NCBI GenBank assembly: GCA_040285855.1
Contig: JAUFOQ010000016.1
Span: forward strand, 496,001 to 560,000
Length of the DNA stretch: 64,000 nucleotides
Direction: 5' to 3'
DNA from: Eukaryota sp. GEM-RC1
Lineage: Eukaryota
Positions 25,571-37,826 of the stretch are shown in pieces. The notes under the pieces were generated by a model. It saw only the letters and a list, made by a program, of their open reading frames with translations, had not been told where the DNA came from and ran no database searches. The position numbers and the translations under genes are program-made. Each line of letters starts with the position of its first letter. The stretch's first letter is position 1.

Positions 25571-26166
25571 ATTATTTAGCTAATTTAATTTTAAGTATTG
25601 CTGACGATTTGTTGGTGGCGCTATTGTCTATTCGAAGAACAAGACATTGTTATGAGTCATACAACTTGTTTTTTCAAGACGGTTTGATGTTCAAACTATC
25701 CTTCATTGAGTTCTTTTTCAAAAGGTTAGTAATTGGGATTTTGATGTGTTTAAAGTTTGAGGTTTTGTTTACATCAATCTTATTTCATTTTGTTGAATCA
25801 ATTTATGTTCCATTTGTGTCTTAGCTATTTTTCACGTTCCAAGAATATCCAAGATTTTTTTCCTTCACCGACTTCTTCTTGCTCTTATATTTTGTTTCTG
25901 TCCATTAGTTGTAATTGAAGAAGTAAACAACTTCTCTAGAGAGTAGTTCATATAGGAGAAAGATGTTTAGTTCATCTCTTGTTTCAATACATACATTACT
26001 CTCGTTTAAATCACTATTGTTTTAGTTTAATTACATGTAGTACTGATGGTGTAAGCATGATGTACCAGGAATCATTTCTCAAAAATTAAAGAGAGATAAA
26101 ATGGAATAGATATCTACTAACTAAACTACCAATCCAAATCCTAAAACAGATATCTCATCACAGTCA

Positions 26167-27278
26167 ATGAGTGAGTTTGAATCATACATTAGATCTGGCA
26201 GAAGAATGTCAGAGCTCAGAGATGCTATTGAGTCTGGAAAACTCGAGAAAGACAAAAGATCTGACATGCTCAACAGAACATTACTTCACTTAGCTGCAAA
26301 AGAAGGTAGAGTGGCCATAATTGAGCTTTTAATAGAACATGGCAATGATGTTGAAGCAACAGACGATGAAGGTGCCACTCCTTTACATCTTGCTGCTTTG
26401 TTTGATCAATTAAACTCTGTCAAGGTACTGCTAAGCAATGGGGCAAACCCCAGTTCTACTGATAAGCATGGAGATGAACCTATTCACTACGCCGCAATAG
26501 GAAACGCTGTTCGATCAGCACGTTATCTGATTGAAGAGGCTAAAGTAGATCCAAACAGGCCAACATCAGGAGTAACAAAGGTCACACCTTTGCATTTTGC
26601 TGCTCAAACTGACTCAGTTCAAGTAGGACACTTATTAGTGTGTGAATAACGCTCCAACACTAACCCCAGATTTGTAAAGGAGCTAATGTCAATGGAAACG
26701 AAGACTGTACAGAGTCACCCTTACATGTCGCTACAAGAAGAGGAAAGCTAGCATTTGTGATGCTGTTGCTGGGTGCTGGAGCTGATCCAAACATAAGAGA
26801 TTCATACCAAAAGACTCCACTAATGGAGAGTGCACGGAATGGTCATGATTATGTTTGTAAAGTGCTAATTGCGGCTGGAACAAGGACAGAGGCCCGGGAT
26901 CAGTTAAGAAGGACAGCTTTACGACATGCTAGAATGGGAGAACACAAAACAACAGAAGGATTGATTTCTACAGCTATACTGCATGTTGAGGAGTGGGCAA
27001 AGGAGTTAAATGCATTGATCAAATTGAGGGATGTGAGGATGAGGTTGACAAATGAGTTTCCCCCACTATCATCAAATATAGAAGAAGAGCTAGATGTTCT
27101 GAAGAAATTAGTGGAGGATATGAAAGCAAAAGGCCAAATCACTATTCCTAAAACCAAAGAGCTGAAACCAGTTGTAACCAAGGTTAAAGAAACAATGTAC
27201 AGGGAGATTAGTCCACAATCTGCAGCAGGTCTTGGATTGAGGGAGCACTCATTCTTTGAATCTGAGTATGAGGACTAA
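26167..27278 (+). CDS. Ankyrin-repeat protein
   Basis: Several TPLH..A...G..N ankyrin repeats; the two ORFs are joined by a 32-nt intron giving HLL-ICKGANVN. Confidence 0.9.
26638..26669 (+). other. 32-nt spliceosomal intron
   Basis: GTGTGT...CACTAAC-CCCAG; removal restores the ankyrin repeat frame. Confidence 0.9.
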
Positions 27279-27323
27279 GCAATAAAATATTTAATTTTTA
27301 AAGATAAACGACGACATCTGATC

Positions 27324-27770
27324 GAGTGGCTATTACTCACCATCGCCTCCTTCAGACCTAACAGGAACTGAAAACTTCTCTTTCCTCTCACCTCAGAGCC
27401 TATTACAGCACTTCACCTGTACATGCTGTGGATATGTACTTCAGCAGGCTGTTGAAACAACATGCTGCAACATGCTGACATGTCGGGAATGCTCTTTTGA
27501 TCTCAACTGCTGTCCCCATTGTCATCTTTCTCTACCTTCTACCAAGGACAATCTCCCTGTGCGGAGGATTGTGGACAATCTCCCCGTACAGTGTAATCAC
27601 TGCTCCTACACCACTTCTGCTGGGGAATATGAGTTCCACTTCAGAACTTGTAGTGGGAGGGGGAAGACTTGTACCGAGTGTTTCTTGACCGTAGCGAAGA
27701 ATGAGATGGTGTAGTATTTAGTAGATTGTCATCAAAATGAACTGATAAACTGGTTCTTTTGATTCAATTT
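27324..27770 (+). pseudogene. Duplicate of the RING/TRAF-zinc-finger segment at 11145-11590
   Basis: Near-identical ~447-bp direct copy; lacks the upstream ATG and has a CAG>TAG stop at ~27712. Confidence 0.8.
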
Positions 27771-28085
27771 ATACTATTATTTCAAGACTTAAAGTACTAC
27801 AATACAGTAATTATTCCTTGTGATATTTAAAAATGACAGTTCATCTATTAAATAAGTAAATGAGAGACTCAAATATCAATAATGATGATTTGTGACCCTA
27901 GATCTAGACCTTCTACTTTAAAATCTGAGTATTCTGAAAACAGTCTCTGTAACAGAATCTACTGCCTAAATTCCCAGAAAATCTAACAAACAGAACAAGA
28001 AAAAACAGTAGAATACAAATTTATTAACACAATACTATACAAACATTGTACACGACAAACTAAAACAATGAATAACTCAAAGAAT

Positions 28086-29150
28086 TCAATCAAATCCTCC
28101 TGCTAACTCCCGTCTTCTCCTTTCTAACAGAGAAACTGCAGAACTACCAAAACCATGGGATTTTATCGAAGAAAACTTCATCTCAGTGGTCAATTTAGTT
28201 GAGAACACCTTTTGTTTAGCTCGTTGGCGCTCAATGTCCACTGTTTGCTGTACTGTTCTGTATGACGGAGAGAGTGTCAGAACAGAAGACGGGAGCAGAT
28301 GTTGGTCTCCTTCACTACTCTTAGATTGAGAAACCTTGGGACTATGACAATGCATCTCAACAAGAGACCTCACTGAAGGAAGCAGAGGGAGCTTACAGTT
28401 TCCCACTGGGGGCTTTGTATAGAGATAGTCGTCTGTGGATTGAGGGGGAAGATTCGAGAGAGGAGTAGGTCGAGGGGTGGAGGGTTTCAGCTTTGGAGAG
28501 GATGTGTTAGCTAGAGGTTGAGCAGAGGGAGGAGTTCGTGGAGAGGATGGAGTGGTAGAAGAGGAGGTCTTTGGAGATCCAAGATTAAGGTTCTTGAGGT
28601 ATTTTGAACGATTGAGGGTAGAGAGACGAGGAGAAGCTAGTGAGTCATTGAGAGGAGTAGTTTTAGCTCGCTCCCAGCGGAGATGTGAAGACTTCTCGTG
28701 GAAGAAATGCTGGCGATGTAGAGGAACTTGTGATATGGGATCTGGGGGAGGAATGCGGCTGCTGTCTGTTCTAGATGCAGAGAGGCTTGTGTCCGACTTT
28801 TGAGACATGGACAGACTAGAAAACTGACAATGATCATCTTCAATATCAGAAAGGTCGATAAAGTTCGTATTTAATGCTAAGTCGGGGGTCAATTCAACAT
28901 CAGTTGTGTTGAAAGAATATGATTTTGACCTATCCACATCGTCCTCAGAAAACAACGATTCAGATGGTGATTGTGAAGAAGGAGAAGGAGGTTCAAGAGA
29001 TTCAGTGAGTGCAAGCAGTTCATCATTAATTATCTCATCATAATCAATATGGTGTTGAAACAGTTCCTCTTGGTCACAGGGAGATTCGGCATCTCTAGAT
29101 GACAAAAAACGCATTAGACATTGAAATTGAAATGAAGAAAAATACACCAT
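28086..29150 (-). CDS. Hypothetical Ser/Pro-rich disordered protein
   Basis: 354-codon ORF of low-complexity composition with no recognised domain; the start may be the Met at 29114. Confidence 0.65.
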   Translation of the reverse strand: MVYFSSFQFQCLMRFLSSRDAESPCDQEELFQHHIDYDEIINDELLALTESLEPPSPSSQSPSESLFSEDDVDRSKSYSFNTTDVELTPDLALNTNFIDLSDIEDDHCQFSSLSMSQKSDTSLSASRTDSSRIPPPDPISQVPLHRQHFFHEKSSHLRWERAKTTPLNDSLASPRLSTLNRSKYLKNLNLGSPKTSSSTTPSSPRTPPSAQPLANTSSPKLKPSTPRPTPLSNLPPQSTDDYLYTKPPVGNCKLPLLPSVRSLVEMHCHSPKVSQSKSSEGDQHLLPSSVLTLSPSYRTVQQTVDIERQRAKQKVFSTKLTTEMKFSSIKSHGFGSSAVSLLERRRRELAGGFD

Positions 29151-29421
29151 GACGTGTTATTGTTTGACACTGAGGTACTATCTTGCTTTAATAGTTGTCA
29201 ATAAGTACCGATGAAGTTATTGATGATGTACTTCGGTGTTTAGGTTGGTATTATTGAAGTATCGGTGATTGACTAGGATATCATAACTGATTGGCTATAT
29301 CCTAATGCAAGGATGGGTTTATTTTCATGGTTAATTATGTACTAGCCAAATGGTTTAAAGAAGAACCACAATACAAGCATAGTGAAATACGTGCTTGTTT
29401 AGGTTTTTAAAAATGCATGTA

Positions 29422-30493
29422 CAGTCAAAACTGTCTATAGCGTGAAACTCTATATAGCGTAAAACTCTATATAGCGTGCACTTTTCATGGTCCGACATTT
29501 TCCTCCTCTTTTTCCCATATGACATCCTGTCTGTCGCCTCTATCAGTAGTTCTCTTTGGTAATAAACTGTCGTATTGCTGGCGTTCATTCTGATAACATC
29601 TTTTGATCACCAACTTGAAGGTGTATTACCTTCTTTCTTGACTTCACATATACCGGACATATTTCCGTTGATACCCCTGACGTCCCCGTCTTAGCTACAT
29701 CGTCAACATCATCCCTTTCACATCTTGCTCATTTCAGATTATCTTTGGTGTTACAGCTTCTAACAAATCTAACTCCTCCATCAAAACCCTGTAGGATGTT
29801 GATTGCCGTACCACAAGAATTTTTTCATCTAGCAACCCTCCATACTCTCCAAAAGAGTTCCCTAAAAGAGCATAACACATGGTCTAAACCAAGGCTATAA
29901 CGTAGACGTAGACGGAAGATATATTTATGATAAAAAACCTTATTGAATCGTGTTTATGGGGAGAACCAACGAGAAACTATACAGAACTACCATGAAGCCA
30001 AAGAACAAACCCAAATTGATAGGGAAATAGAAGGATCGAGGGAAGAATCTAGATCCGTTCTCATAGTCTCTGGAGATTCATCACTCATCTACTCAGAGAG
30101 GAGGGTGATACAAGGGATACAACAGGTTGCTTGGAAGATGAATCATGTCATCATAGGTTTAAGCGAGATGATCATATCTCTTCTTCCCTCTTTCATGTCC
30201 AAATAGGGTCAGAATGAAGTTACTCCACTGGAACTTCCGTATCTGGGTGATTTCTTGAATTCCGTTGAAAATATTTACCACCCATATTCTAGTCTTGTCC
30301 ATTCTTCCTTCTCATCCCATGTAGTTATGCCCACGATATGGATATTTGATTGACCCATACTTTGTTCTTTCTAGATCTTCTTGAAATAAACACTCATTGT
30401 TGAGATTGGAGCTGCACAGTGCGTTTATTCTATATAGCGTGAAACTCTATATAGCGTAGGTACATATAGTCCCGCTATAAACAGTGTTGACTG
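29422..30493. mobile_element. Non-autonomous Tc1/mariner/pogo-type element (1072 bp)
   Basis: TA|CAGTCAAAACTGTCTATAGCG ... CGCTATAAACAGTGTTGACTG|TA (21-bp TIR, 2 mismatches); 17-bp subterminal direct repeats TGAAACTCTATATAGCG near both ends. Confidence 0.88.
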
Positions 30494-33400
30494 TATTGGA
30501 TTCATGACGCTATGTTTTACGATATGTATACTATGTAATGATCAATAAATTTCGAGCTTTGATCAATAACCCAACAATAATACATTGAATTTGTCCATTT
30601 TGGTAATCCGTTTATCGTACACAATCTCACCAATATAAACAAATTTCTGTTTACGTCACTTTGTAGGCCACACAGGTCGCAGTTTTCTCATAGGAATATA
30701 TTTAAATACTACACAAATATTAACCCACGCAGGTTCTAACTACTGTACGTCTTTTTCATTGATCAAGGGTGATGGATTTGAAAAGGTCAGACACAGTCTT
30801 CTAAATCATAAATTTTGTGGTATCATTGTAAGCTGGTTCTTTGATATTTGACATATTCAGCATGTTCTCCACTTTTTGTTTTTGGATGAAATATCCGACA
30901 CGCTATTTTGAAAAAGTAGAGGAATTCAAAGTAAAAGGGTAAGTAAACCTGTTGTAATTAACCCAATAAAAGTCCCAATACTAGAAGGGTCGCTCAAAAG
31001 ACGCTATGAATTTCAGACATATACAGAAGACGAAACTACTGACTACCGACTCAATGTGAACACAAAGTCAACTTCTTCTGCTTTTGATGAAGATCTTTCT
31101 CGCGAGCTGATTTTGTTTTTTCTTAAGTTCAATCGTATGTGAATTATAACGGAATAGAAAATCATGAAAAGTAGCCACATGCTGAATCAAATCGCAGCTG
31201 CTCACCTAGAAGATAAACCAGAATGTTGTCATGCTCAAGACGTTTTAATTTTTTTATTCTAATGACTTGGCAATTCATCTCAAAAACCTATAATACTAAT
31301 TGAAGAAAGACTCAAGAACCGACGCTTTATTTGCCTAGAAACAATAAGAAAGAAACGTGATTCTGTTTGACGAACAAAAACTTATCCAGTTTGCCATACT
31401 TTGGTCACTTAACATGGTTTGCAGGTACATCTACTACACTGTTTTTTGTTTGCTCGTTTTATTTAAAAATAATGTCTGAATCCAACCAAAATGACCTTGA
31501 AAATTCTATTCTTTGTATCGAATCTATTACATCCACCAGACATGCAAAAACTCTTGTCTTTAATCGTAGTAGTAGTAGTAGTGCGATGGAGTTTCCAAAC
31601 CATACAAACTGGCCGTAACCGATGACAAAACTACAGAAATTGAACAACGCGTGATCACATTTCTGGGAAAACTGAAAAAAGATGTTGGAGATTTATAGTG
31701 CAGACAGAGGAATTATATATTCACTTGCGGTTTCTTCACGCCAATATAAAGATTCCTTTTCTTTTCCGTATTTTCGTTGGGGAATGTCATTCCTGTCAGA
31801 AGACCGCTCCAGCTCCAAAAATCAACATATCCCTTCATCTGGCAAACTTTGTTGTTTCTTTGAAGAGAAACACGTGTACTTTGATTTACTGGGGAGGGTG
31901 GGTGGTTGTCGCTTTATGGAGCTATTTTGCACAATTCATCCGTGTGTTGCTTATGTAATCTAATTATAGTGTCCATGGTTCACTCAGTTCCACGCTTATA
32001 TGGAGATGATCCTCAGTGGAATCTCGAGGAACCTTTCTTTTCAGACCTTTGTAAAAATAGCTTTTTGTTTTATGTAGGATGGATAGAAATATCCGCTATC
32101 TGAGTTGCTTCTTTGTTATTAGAAAGACATGTGCTGTTGTATATGTTTGTAAACTTGTCTTAAAACGGCATCAATAACTATTGGCCCACTGAAACAAAGT
32201 AATCCCTCGAATCTAACCCCCAAACTGACTAACTTTAGGAGGATTGATCATGAAAATGATTCAATGACTGGGATTCATTGATTGTTTTAATAAGAAAGTG
32301 ATTATCAATGATGCTGATCATGGAAAACTGTCGTTGGAACAACTAGTTCTAAGTGAAGTCTGATCCACTTTGAAGATAGTTTTATCAAAGATAGTCGTAT
32401 CACTTTCTGTACGAAAGTTGTTTTTAAAATATTTTAATATTTTAGAATAACTTAAATTTTGAAGTCCTGAATGGGGAAAATTTACTTTCATCATTGAATA
32501 GAACTACGTATTAAACAAGTGTTAAAATACAATTAATTCCTTCTTCTACAAGTATCTTCAATAAACCAATGTCTTTCAACAGGTCTCCTCTTAAATCTAG
32601 ATGCCATAAGAAAGGTTTTCATGTTGGGATTTGTCATTGTTTAAGGAAGGTAAATAGAATCACTTGGAAGAAAAAGAATACTTCAAGAACTATACAAGAG
32701 CACGTGATCTTAGGAAAAGGTATGTGAGACAATCAGAAGGCAATAACGACAAAGTAGAGATCATGACGAGATCGAAGGACAAATAATTGAGGGGGAAAGA
32801 TCACGTCGCGTTGATCGAAGCGAGTAGACGTTGAAGTGGTAGTAGCAGAGAAGAGGATGATTACATTAAGAAAGTCGGAGACTGGGGAAGAGCAAGATCG
32901 GACAGAAACATAGCCATTACTAGCTTACTGAAGTACAAACAGGACAAATAAGGACAAAGCGGACAGTGTAGGAACCACGATGATCTGAAAACACTTTTCT
33001 CATAGAGAGGAACTTCTAAAATTAGAAAAAGGTCAAAAACAAATCTTCGCAACGTCATCAATGCCGTATATACTTCTCTGGCAGTTCGTAGTACTCCTTG
33101 TTTTCCTTTCATTAAGTTGAGTGCGCCCAACGCTGGCCCTTGAAGACGTGTCTCAATCTTCCATCCGTAAATTAATGCTTCTCACGAAGCTGGAATTTCT
33201 CGAACCTCCCCACTGAGTATCCATTCTCTTTGTTGAATGTAGTCTGACCAATGTTGATCTACGATCTATTCGGTTCTCATTTGCCAACAATCGCAAATCC
33301 AATGTGTATAAAGTTTATTTTTCAAAAATGCATGAATAATGCTCTTTTGCTGTTTCAATCTATGGCAGTTCAGGAAAAAGTGCGTTAAATATCTTAAACG

Positions 33401-34018
33401 ATTTCGGAAAAATCGAAAAAAAATAGGATGAACAAACTTTTGGCCATATGTTATCGTTGAATCGTATCGTTTTTACTGTTTTTAAAACAATTCTCCTAAT
33501 TATCTCCAAAGCTTTACTAGCTGTGAGTTCTTTTTATGAGGATAAAGCTGTTCTAATATTTGATAGCAACGGGTGTTGTTTTAATGATATCAAATGTTAG
33601 TTGTTTAGTCTACTACACTTAGAATACATTAAGTATGGTAACATGCATGATAACAACAGTTTATCGATGAAGAAAAATGCATATCAAAATTAAACTATGG
33701 AACACTAGACACCGAAAATTCCTGGTCAACACTACCACAGTTCTTATACAACTTAGTGATAATTGATTTAAAAAACTTTGGCACCGAACGGAACAAAGAA
33801 AAAACCAAACGGTTATGCTAAATTGATTAGTTAATTCTCTTATTCTGAGACTTACACATAGATCCAAAATCAGTTAAAAACTTAGAAGCCATTTCACCAT
33901 TACTACCGAAAATAGAAAAATCAAATGGAACAAGTACAAATTTCAAATACAAATTTTGATTGAGTTTAGCAATGTGACTACAAATCGATTTTCCTCTTTT
34001 CAGCTGTTTTTTATGGTA

Positions 34019-34519
34019 CAGTATAATCTCTATAATTGAAACACCTCGGTGAATGACGTTTTGTTGAACACCTTTTCCTTTATAAACTACCTCCAGTTGT
34101 CTTACTGCTTCAGTGATCAGTTATGACTCGAACTCGTGATATTAGAAGCCCCTTCTTTCACGTGTATGCTTCGGTATCGTTCCTTTGAGATCGATGCTAA
34201 GAGTGGTGTAACTCATAGTGTAGAAGAGTTTGAAAGAAACAAATAGTGTGCATAAAATTGTGGTTATTGAATAGATGAATGAAATACTTCAAGTCACGTT
34301 TTACTTCAACATCATTGAGTTTATAGTCAAACAAACATTGTAATGAGCAGGCTTTGACGGACATCTACTGGAAAATGGTGGCATTTCTGTAAAAAGTTGG
34401 AGAAATTGTTTCAAATCGGTTCGAAAAAGTGTTTCAATTTTCAATTTGGTATTAAATTACTAGGTGTCATGGGATTTTGTTTCAATTAGAGAGAGTTTTC
34501 AATTGGAGAGATTACACTG
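34019..34519. mobile_element. Tc1/pogo-type MITE (501 bp)
   Basis: TA|CAGTATAATCTCTATAATTGAAA ... TTTCAATTGGAGAGATTACACTG|TA (23-bp TIR, 3 mismatches). Confidence 0.85.
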
Positions 34520-34946
34520 TAACACATTTTAGTTTTGTTAGTATATTTCATTTTTAATTGACATATTGTACCCTAAAATTTGTTGCAATAAGGTATCATC
34601 ATATATAGTGACTGCCGCTGGGGTGTCACTATTCAGAGGGTAGACTGTATCATCAATGGTTGAATCCTGTATCCTTGATTTCAGAGGTATCTTAAGATGG
34701 TATTTTGGATTGTCTTGATATTACAAAATGAAATCAAAAACACAATTTTAAAGTCATCAAATCAATTCTTATACTGAATTTGGGTTACATTATACAGCCC
34801 ACTGAATCGCAAACCCAACGGTACTCATTACTATAAACAAATTACAAAGCATAGAACGAGAATGAATTTGATTTTCTAAATACAGTTAACATGTATTCAC
34901 AAAAGTTTATTTCGATTCACACAAAAATTTTAAAAAATTACAAACA

Positions 34947-37826
34947 CTACTCAACAAGAAGATCAACTGGTGATTCAATATTATCAAATTGAGATGTATT
35001 ATTCTCACTGAGTAAGTGACAATCAGATGCAATTGAAGTCACAACCTTCTCATCATTAGAATAAATAAACTTAAACTTATTCATGAAACATCCATAAATA
35101 TGGTCTTCTTCAGCAGGGCCAGGATGGGTCTCATTTATCTTCTTAGCTTGGATCAAGACAGTAATAGCCAATGGAAGAGATTGAAGTAAGATGCAGAGAA
35201 TCTTAAATCTGAAGTTCCACATGTTACCATCAACAAAAGGAATTCTGAAGACAAATGGCACAATGAATGAAAAGGTGCCCAAAAGAACCATTAAAATGAG
35301 AAGAGCAATGGAAGTGAAGAACAAAATGTAATCTTGAGTTAAAAATACAAATTGAGCACCATCGTCAGAGACATAATGACTATCTCCAAAGCCAGTTACC
35401 CAAGCAATACGATGAATAATACGACCAATGAAGGAAGTAGAATCAGGATTAGGACGTGTTACCAAAATGGAAGGTAAACGTGAGATCACAATCAACATGA
35501 TTACTGCGGGGAGGAACATTGTACCCAAAAGAGTAGGAATTACTTCAGGAGTGTGCACAAGACTTGCGTCCCATTGTTCAAAGGATCGGAGGCGTGTTAA
35601 CACGTAGAATACAGGGATGGAAATGGCAAAGTACAAAACAATGAGAATGAAACCAGTTAAACAAGACTTCTTGTTTAACTTAGCGTAATCTTGATCATAA
35701 TTCAAAAGATGACGTTTCTTGGCGAAAAGGGCTCGGAAATTCATAGCAGTGAACTTAATAGCGAGGAAGAACAACCCAACAATTAAAAAGATCACCAACA
35801 AGATTGAAACCAACACGTTTCTAGATACTTGCATAGAGTAGTAGTCTTCACGTACTTCAAAGTAAACCTTCAACATGGAGTCAATGCCATCAATGAAGGC
35901 TTGGGGTTCAGATGAGGAATCCAAGGTGATCTTGCCAGAGAGGTAGTCGTTGCTGTTGACCTTGTCAGAATATCCAGATGTCTGAGCAAAGATAGTTACA
36001 AACTTCTTCTTTTGTTCAAACAAATCTTGATATACAAGATGTCTGTGTTCTTCGTCAGTGATGAACTCCAATACCTCGTCAACTACTAATCCAAGACTAG
36101 TACGGGGGATTGGAAGTCCAAGAATAGCGGCAACGGAAGGAGCAACGTCTTCAAGAGAGTAGCGGTCAGACTTGCGAATATCAGAAAACTTAGGCCAATC
36201 AACTGTAGAGTTGCCAAAGGATGATCCCTTTTTGTAAAAGGCAAGAGGCACGTGAGAGAGCACGTCATTGTCCTCAAACCAACCACCGTGACCACCAACG
36301 TCAATTTGTCCGTGATCGGAAACAAACAAGACAACGGTATTTTCATCAACGGTGTCAATCAACTTTTCAAAGATACGGGAGCTGTTAGTAATTGATTCGT
36401 AGTAAGTGTTATCCTTGTTAAACTTTTCAGTTACACCAAAAGCATGTCCTTGAAGGTCAACGTTAGACAAATGAGTGTACCAGAGCTTATACTCGTTGTC
36501 GTCCTTTTGATCGAGAGCCCAAAACATGATACGAGCACGTTCTTGATCAGCTAAGTGAGCAGTGGAGGTTAAATCAGTTTTGTAGTTCGTAGAAACGGTA
36601 CCATCACCAGTAATAGTCTCCAATTGAGAGTCAATGATATCCCTCATCCAAGGAGAAGCAGTCAATCCATTGAAAGTGCCAGACATTGTAGCTGCACGGT
36701 ACACTGAATCGAAACCAGTATCAGGGATCATGAGATTACCCAAGACTCCAGTAAGTTCAGGGGGAGATCCAGTCATTAGGGTCATCCAGTTAGGAACAGA
36801 AAATGATGGATCATTACACTCAGCAGAAAAGATCTTACCGTCCTTTTTAAAGAGATCAGATTTAAAAAACTTGCTCATATGGTCATTAATATGATCAAAG
36901 TAATCAAACCTTAAACCATCGACAATGAAGACCAAGACTTTGTTATCCTCGTGAGCTCTCCAGATAGGTTGATCAGTGGTATTAGCTGGCCAGTAGTTTT
37001 CAATGAGTTCAGAGTAGTCATTTAGCTGATCTAACTGTGTATCAGTGAAGAAATGACCTTGGAAAGAGAAGATCTTGACGAACTCAGCAAAGAAGGTGGC
37101 AAAGACAAGGAGGAAGATGAGAGAGACAAAGAGGACGTAAATGGATCGCTTGTCGGCAACGGCTTTCCATCTGTTCCTGATATCCATGATTTCCATCCAT
37201 TGGTAGAGCCTGTCATGCTTCTGAACCATGGCAGTCACTTCAGGGGATTGATTCCGATCGGCAGTGTTGGGGCGGTTATGGTTAAAATTAGAAGGAGCGA
37301 GGGGATTGCGGCGGATGACTACGTTGGAGTAGATGTAGAAGAGGAAGCAAAGAGTGGCGGTATGGATAATGACACCGAAGAAGGCAGCAACGAGGCGGAA
37401 GTTGGTGGGGTAGGCGAAAAGGAAGAGGTCCAAGACGACAAAAACAAACTTGAGACCGAGCACCTTTTTGAGGCGGGACGCGCTTCTGTGGCTGAACGCG
37501 GACTCAAATATAATGAGACATGATACAGAGACGACAGCCTGAAGGAAACTGAGAACCACTTGGATCCAAAGAACTGCGGCCAGATTGGAGCTGGATTCGA
37601 TGGAAATGTTTTCAGTGAGACGCTCGTCAAAAAACGTTGCATTGGCGAAGATCAGAGCCATGAGGAGAATGTCGATAACCAACAAGAACCTCACAATGTT
37701 GATCTTGCTTTTAACACGGATCCAACACCGTTGTACTTGAGTCACCTGGGGTGTTCTTGAGGGAACAACGCCTTTGATGGGATTCATTGTTTCTTGTTGC
37801 ATTGAGGGAAGAATTTGATGCATCAA
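34947..37826 (-). CDS. Alkaline-phosphatase-superfamily membrane protein, GPI ethanolamine-phosphate transferase (PIG-G/PIG-O)-like
   Basis: VLVFIVDGLRFDY, PSFSVPNWMTLMTG, HLSNVDLQGHAFG, VSDHGQIDVGGHGG, DVAPSVAAILGLPIP; multiple TM helices at both termini. Confidence 0.75.
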   Translation of the reverse strand: MMHQILPSMQQETMNPIKGVVPSRTPQVTQVQRCWIRVKSKINIVRFLLVIDILLMALIFANATFFDERLTENISIESSSNLAAVLWIQVVLSFLQAVVSVSCLIIFESAFSHRSASRLKKVLGLKFVFVVLDLFLFAYPTNFRLVAAFFGVIIHTATLCFLFYIYSNVVIRRNPLAPSNFNHNRPNTADRNQSPEVTAMVQKHDRLYQWMEIMDIRNRWKAVADKRSIYVLFVSLIFLLVFATFFAEFVKIFSFQGHFFTDTQLDQLNDYSELIENYWPANTTDQPIWRAHEDNKVLVFIVDGLRFDYFDHINDHMSKFFKSDLFKKDGKIFSAECNDPSFSVPNWMTLMTGSPPELTGVLGNLMIPDTGFDSVYRAATMSGTFNGLTASPWMRDIIDSQLETITGDGTVSTNYKTDLTSTAHLADQERARIMFWALDQKDDNEYKLWYTHLSNVDLQGHAFGVTEKFNKDNTYYESITNSSRIFEKLIDTVDENTVVLFVSDHGQIDVGGHGGWFEDNDVLSHVPLAFYKKGSSFGNSTVDWPKFSDIRKSDRYSLEDVAPSVAAILGLPIPRTSLGLVVDEVLEFITDEEHRHLVYQDLFEQKKKFVTIFAQTSGYSDKVNSNDYLSGKITLDSSSEPQAFIDGIDSMLKVYFEVREDYYSMQVSRNVLVSILLVIFLIVGLFFLAIKFTAMNFRALFAKKRHLLNYDQDYAKLNKKSCLTGFILIVLYFAISIPVFYVLTRLRSFEQWDASLVHTPEVIPTLLGTMFLPAVIMLIVISRLPSILVTRPNPDSTSFIGRIIHRIAWVTGFGDSHYVSDDGAQFVFLTQDYILFFTSIALLILMVLLGTFSFIVPFVFRIPFVDGNMWNFRFKILCILLQSLPLAITVLIQAKKINETHPGPAEEDHIYGCFMNKFKFIYSNDEKVVTSIASDCHLLSENNTSQFDNIESPVDLLVE

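Noticed and set aside
30500..33900. Several 60-95 aa ORFs
   Set aside because: Mostly non-ATG starts with no domains and frequent stops; I cannot support them as genes.
37053..37523. 156-aa acidic ORF antisense to the GPI-transferase-like gene
   Set aside because: Shadow ORF produced by C-ending hydrophobic codons on the coding strand.
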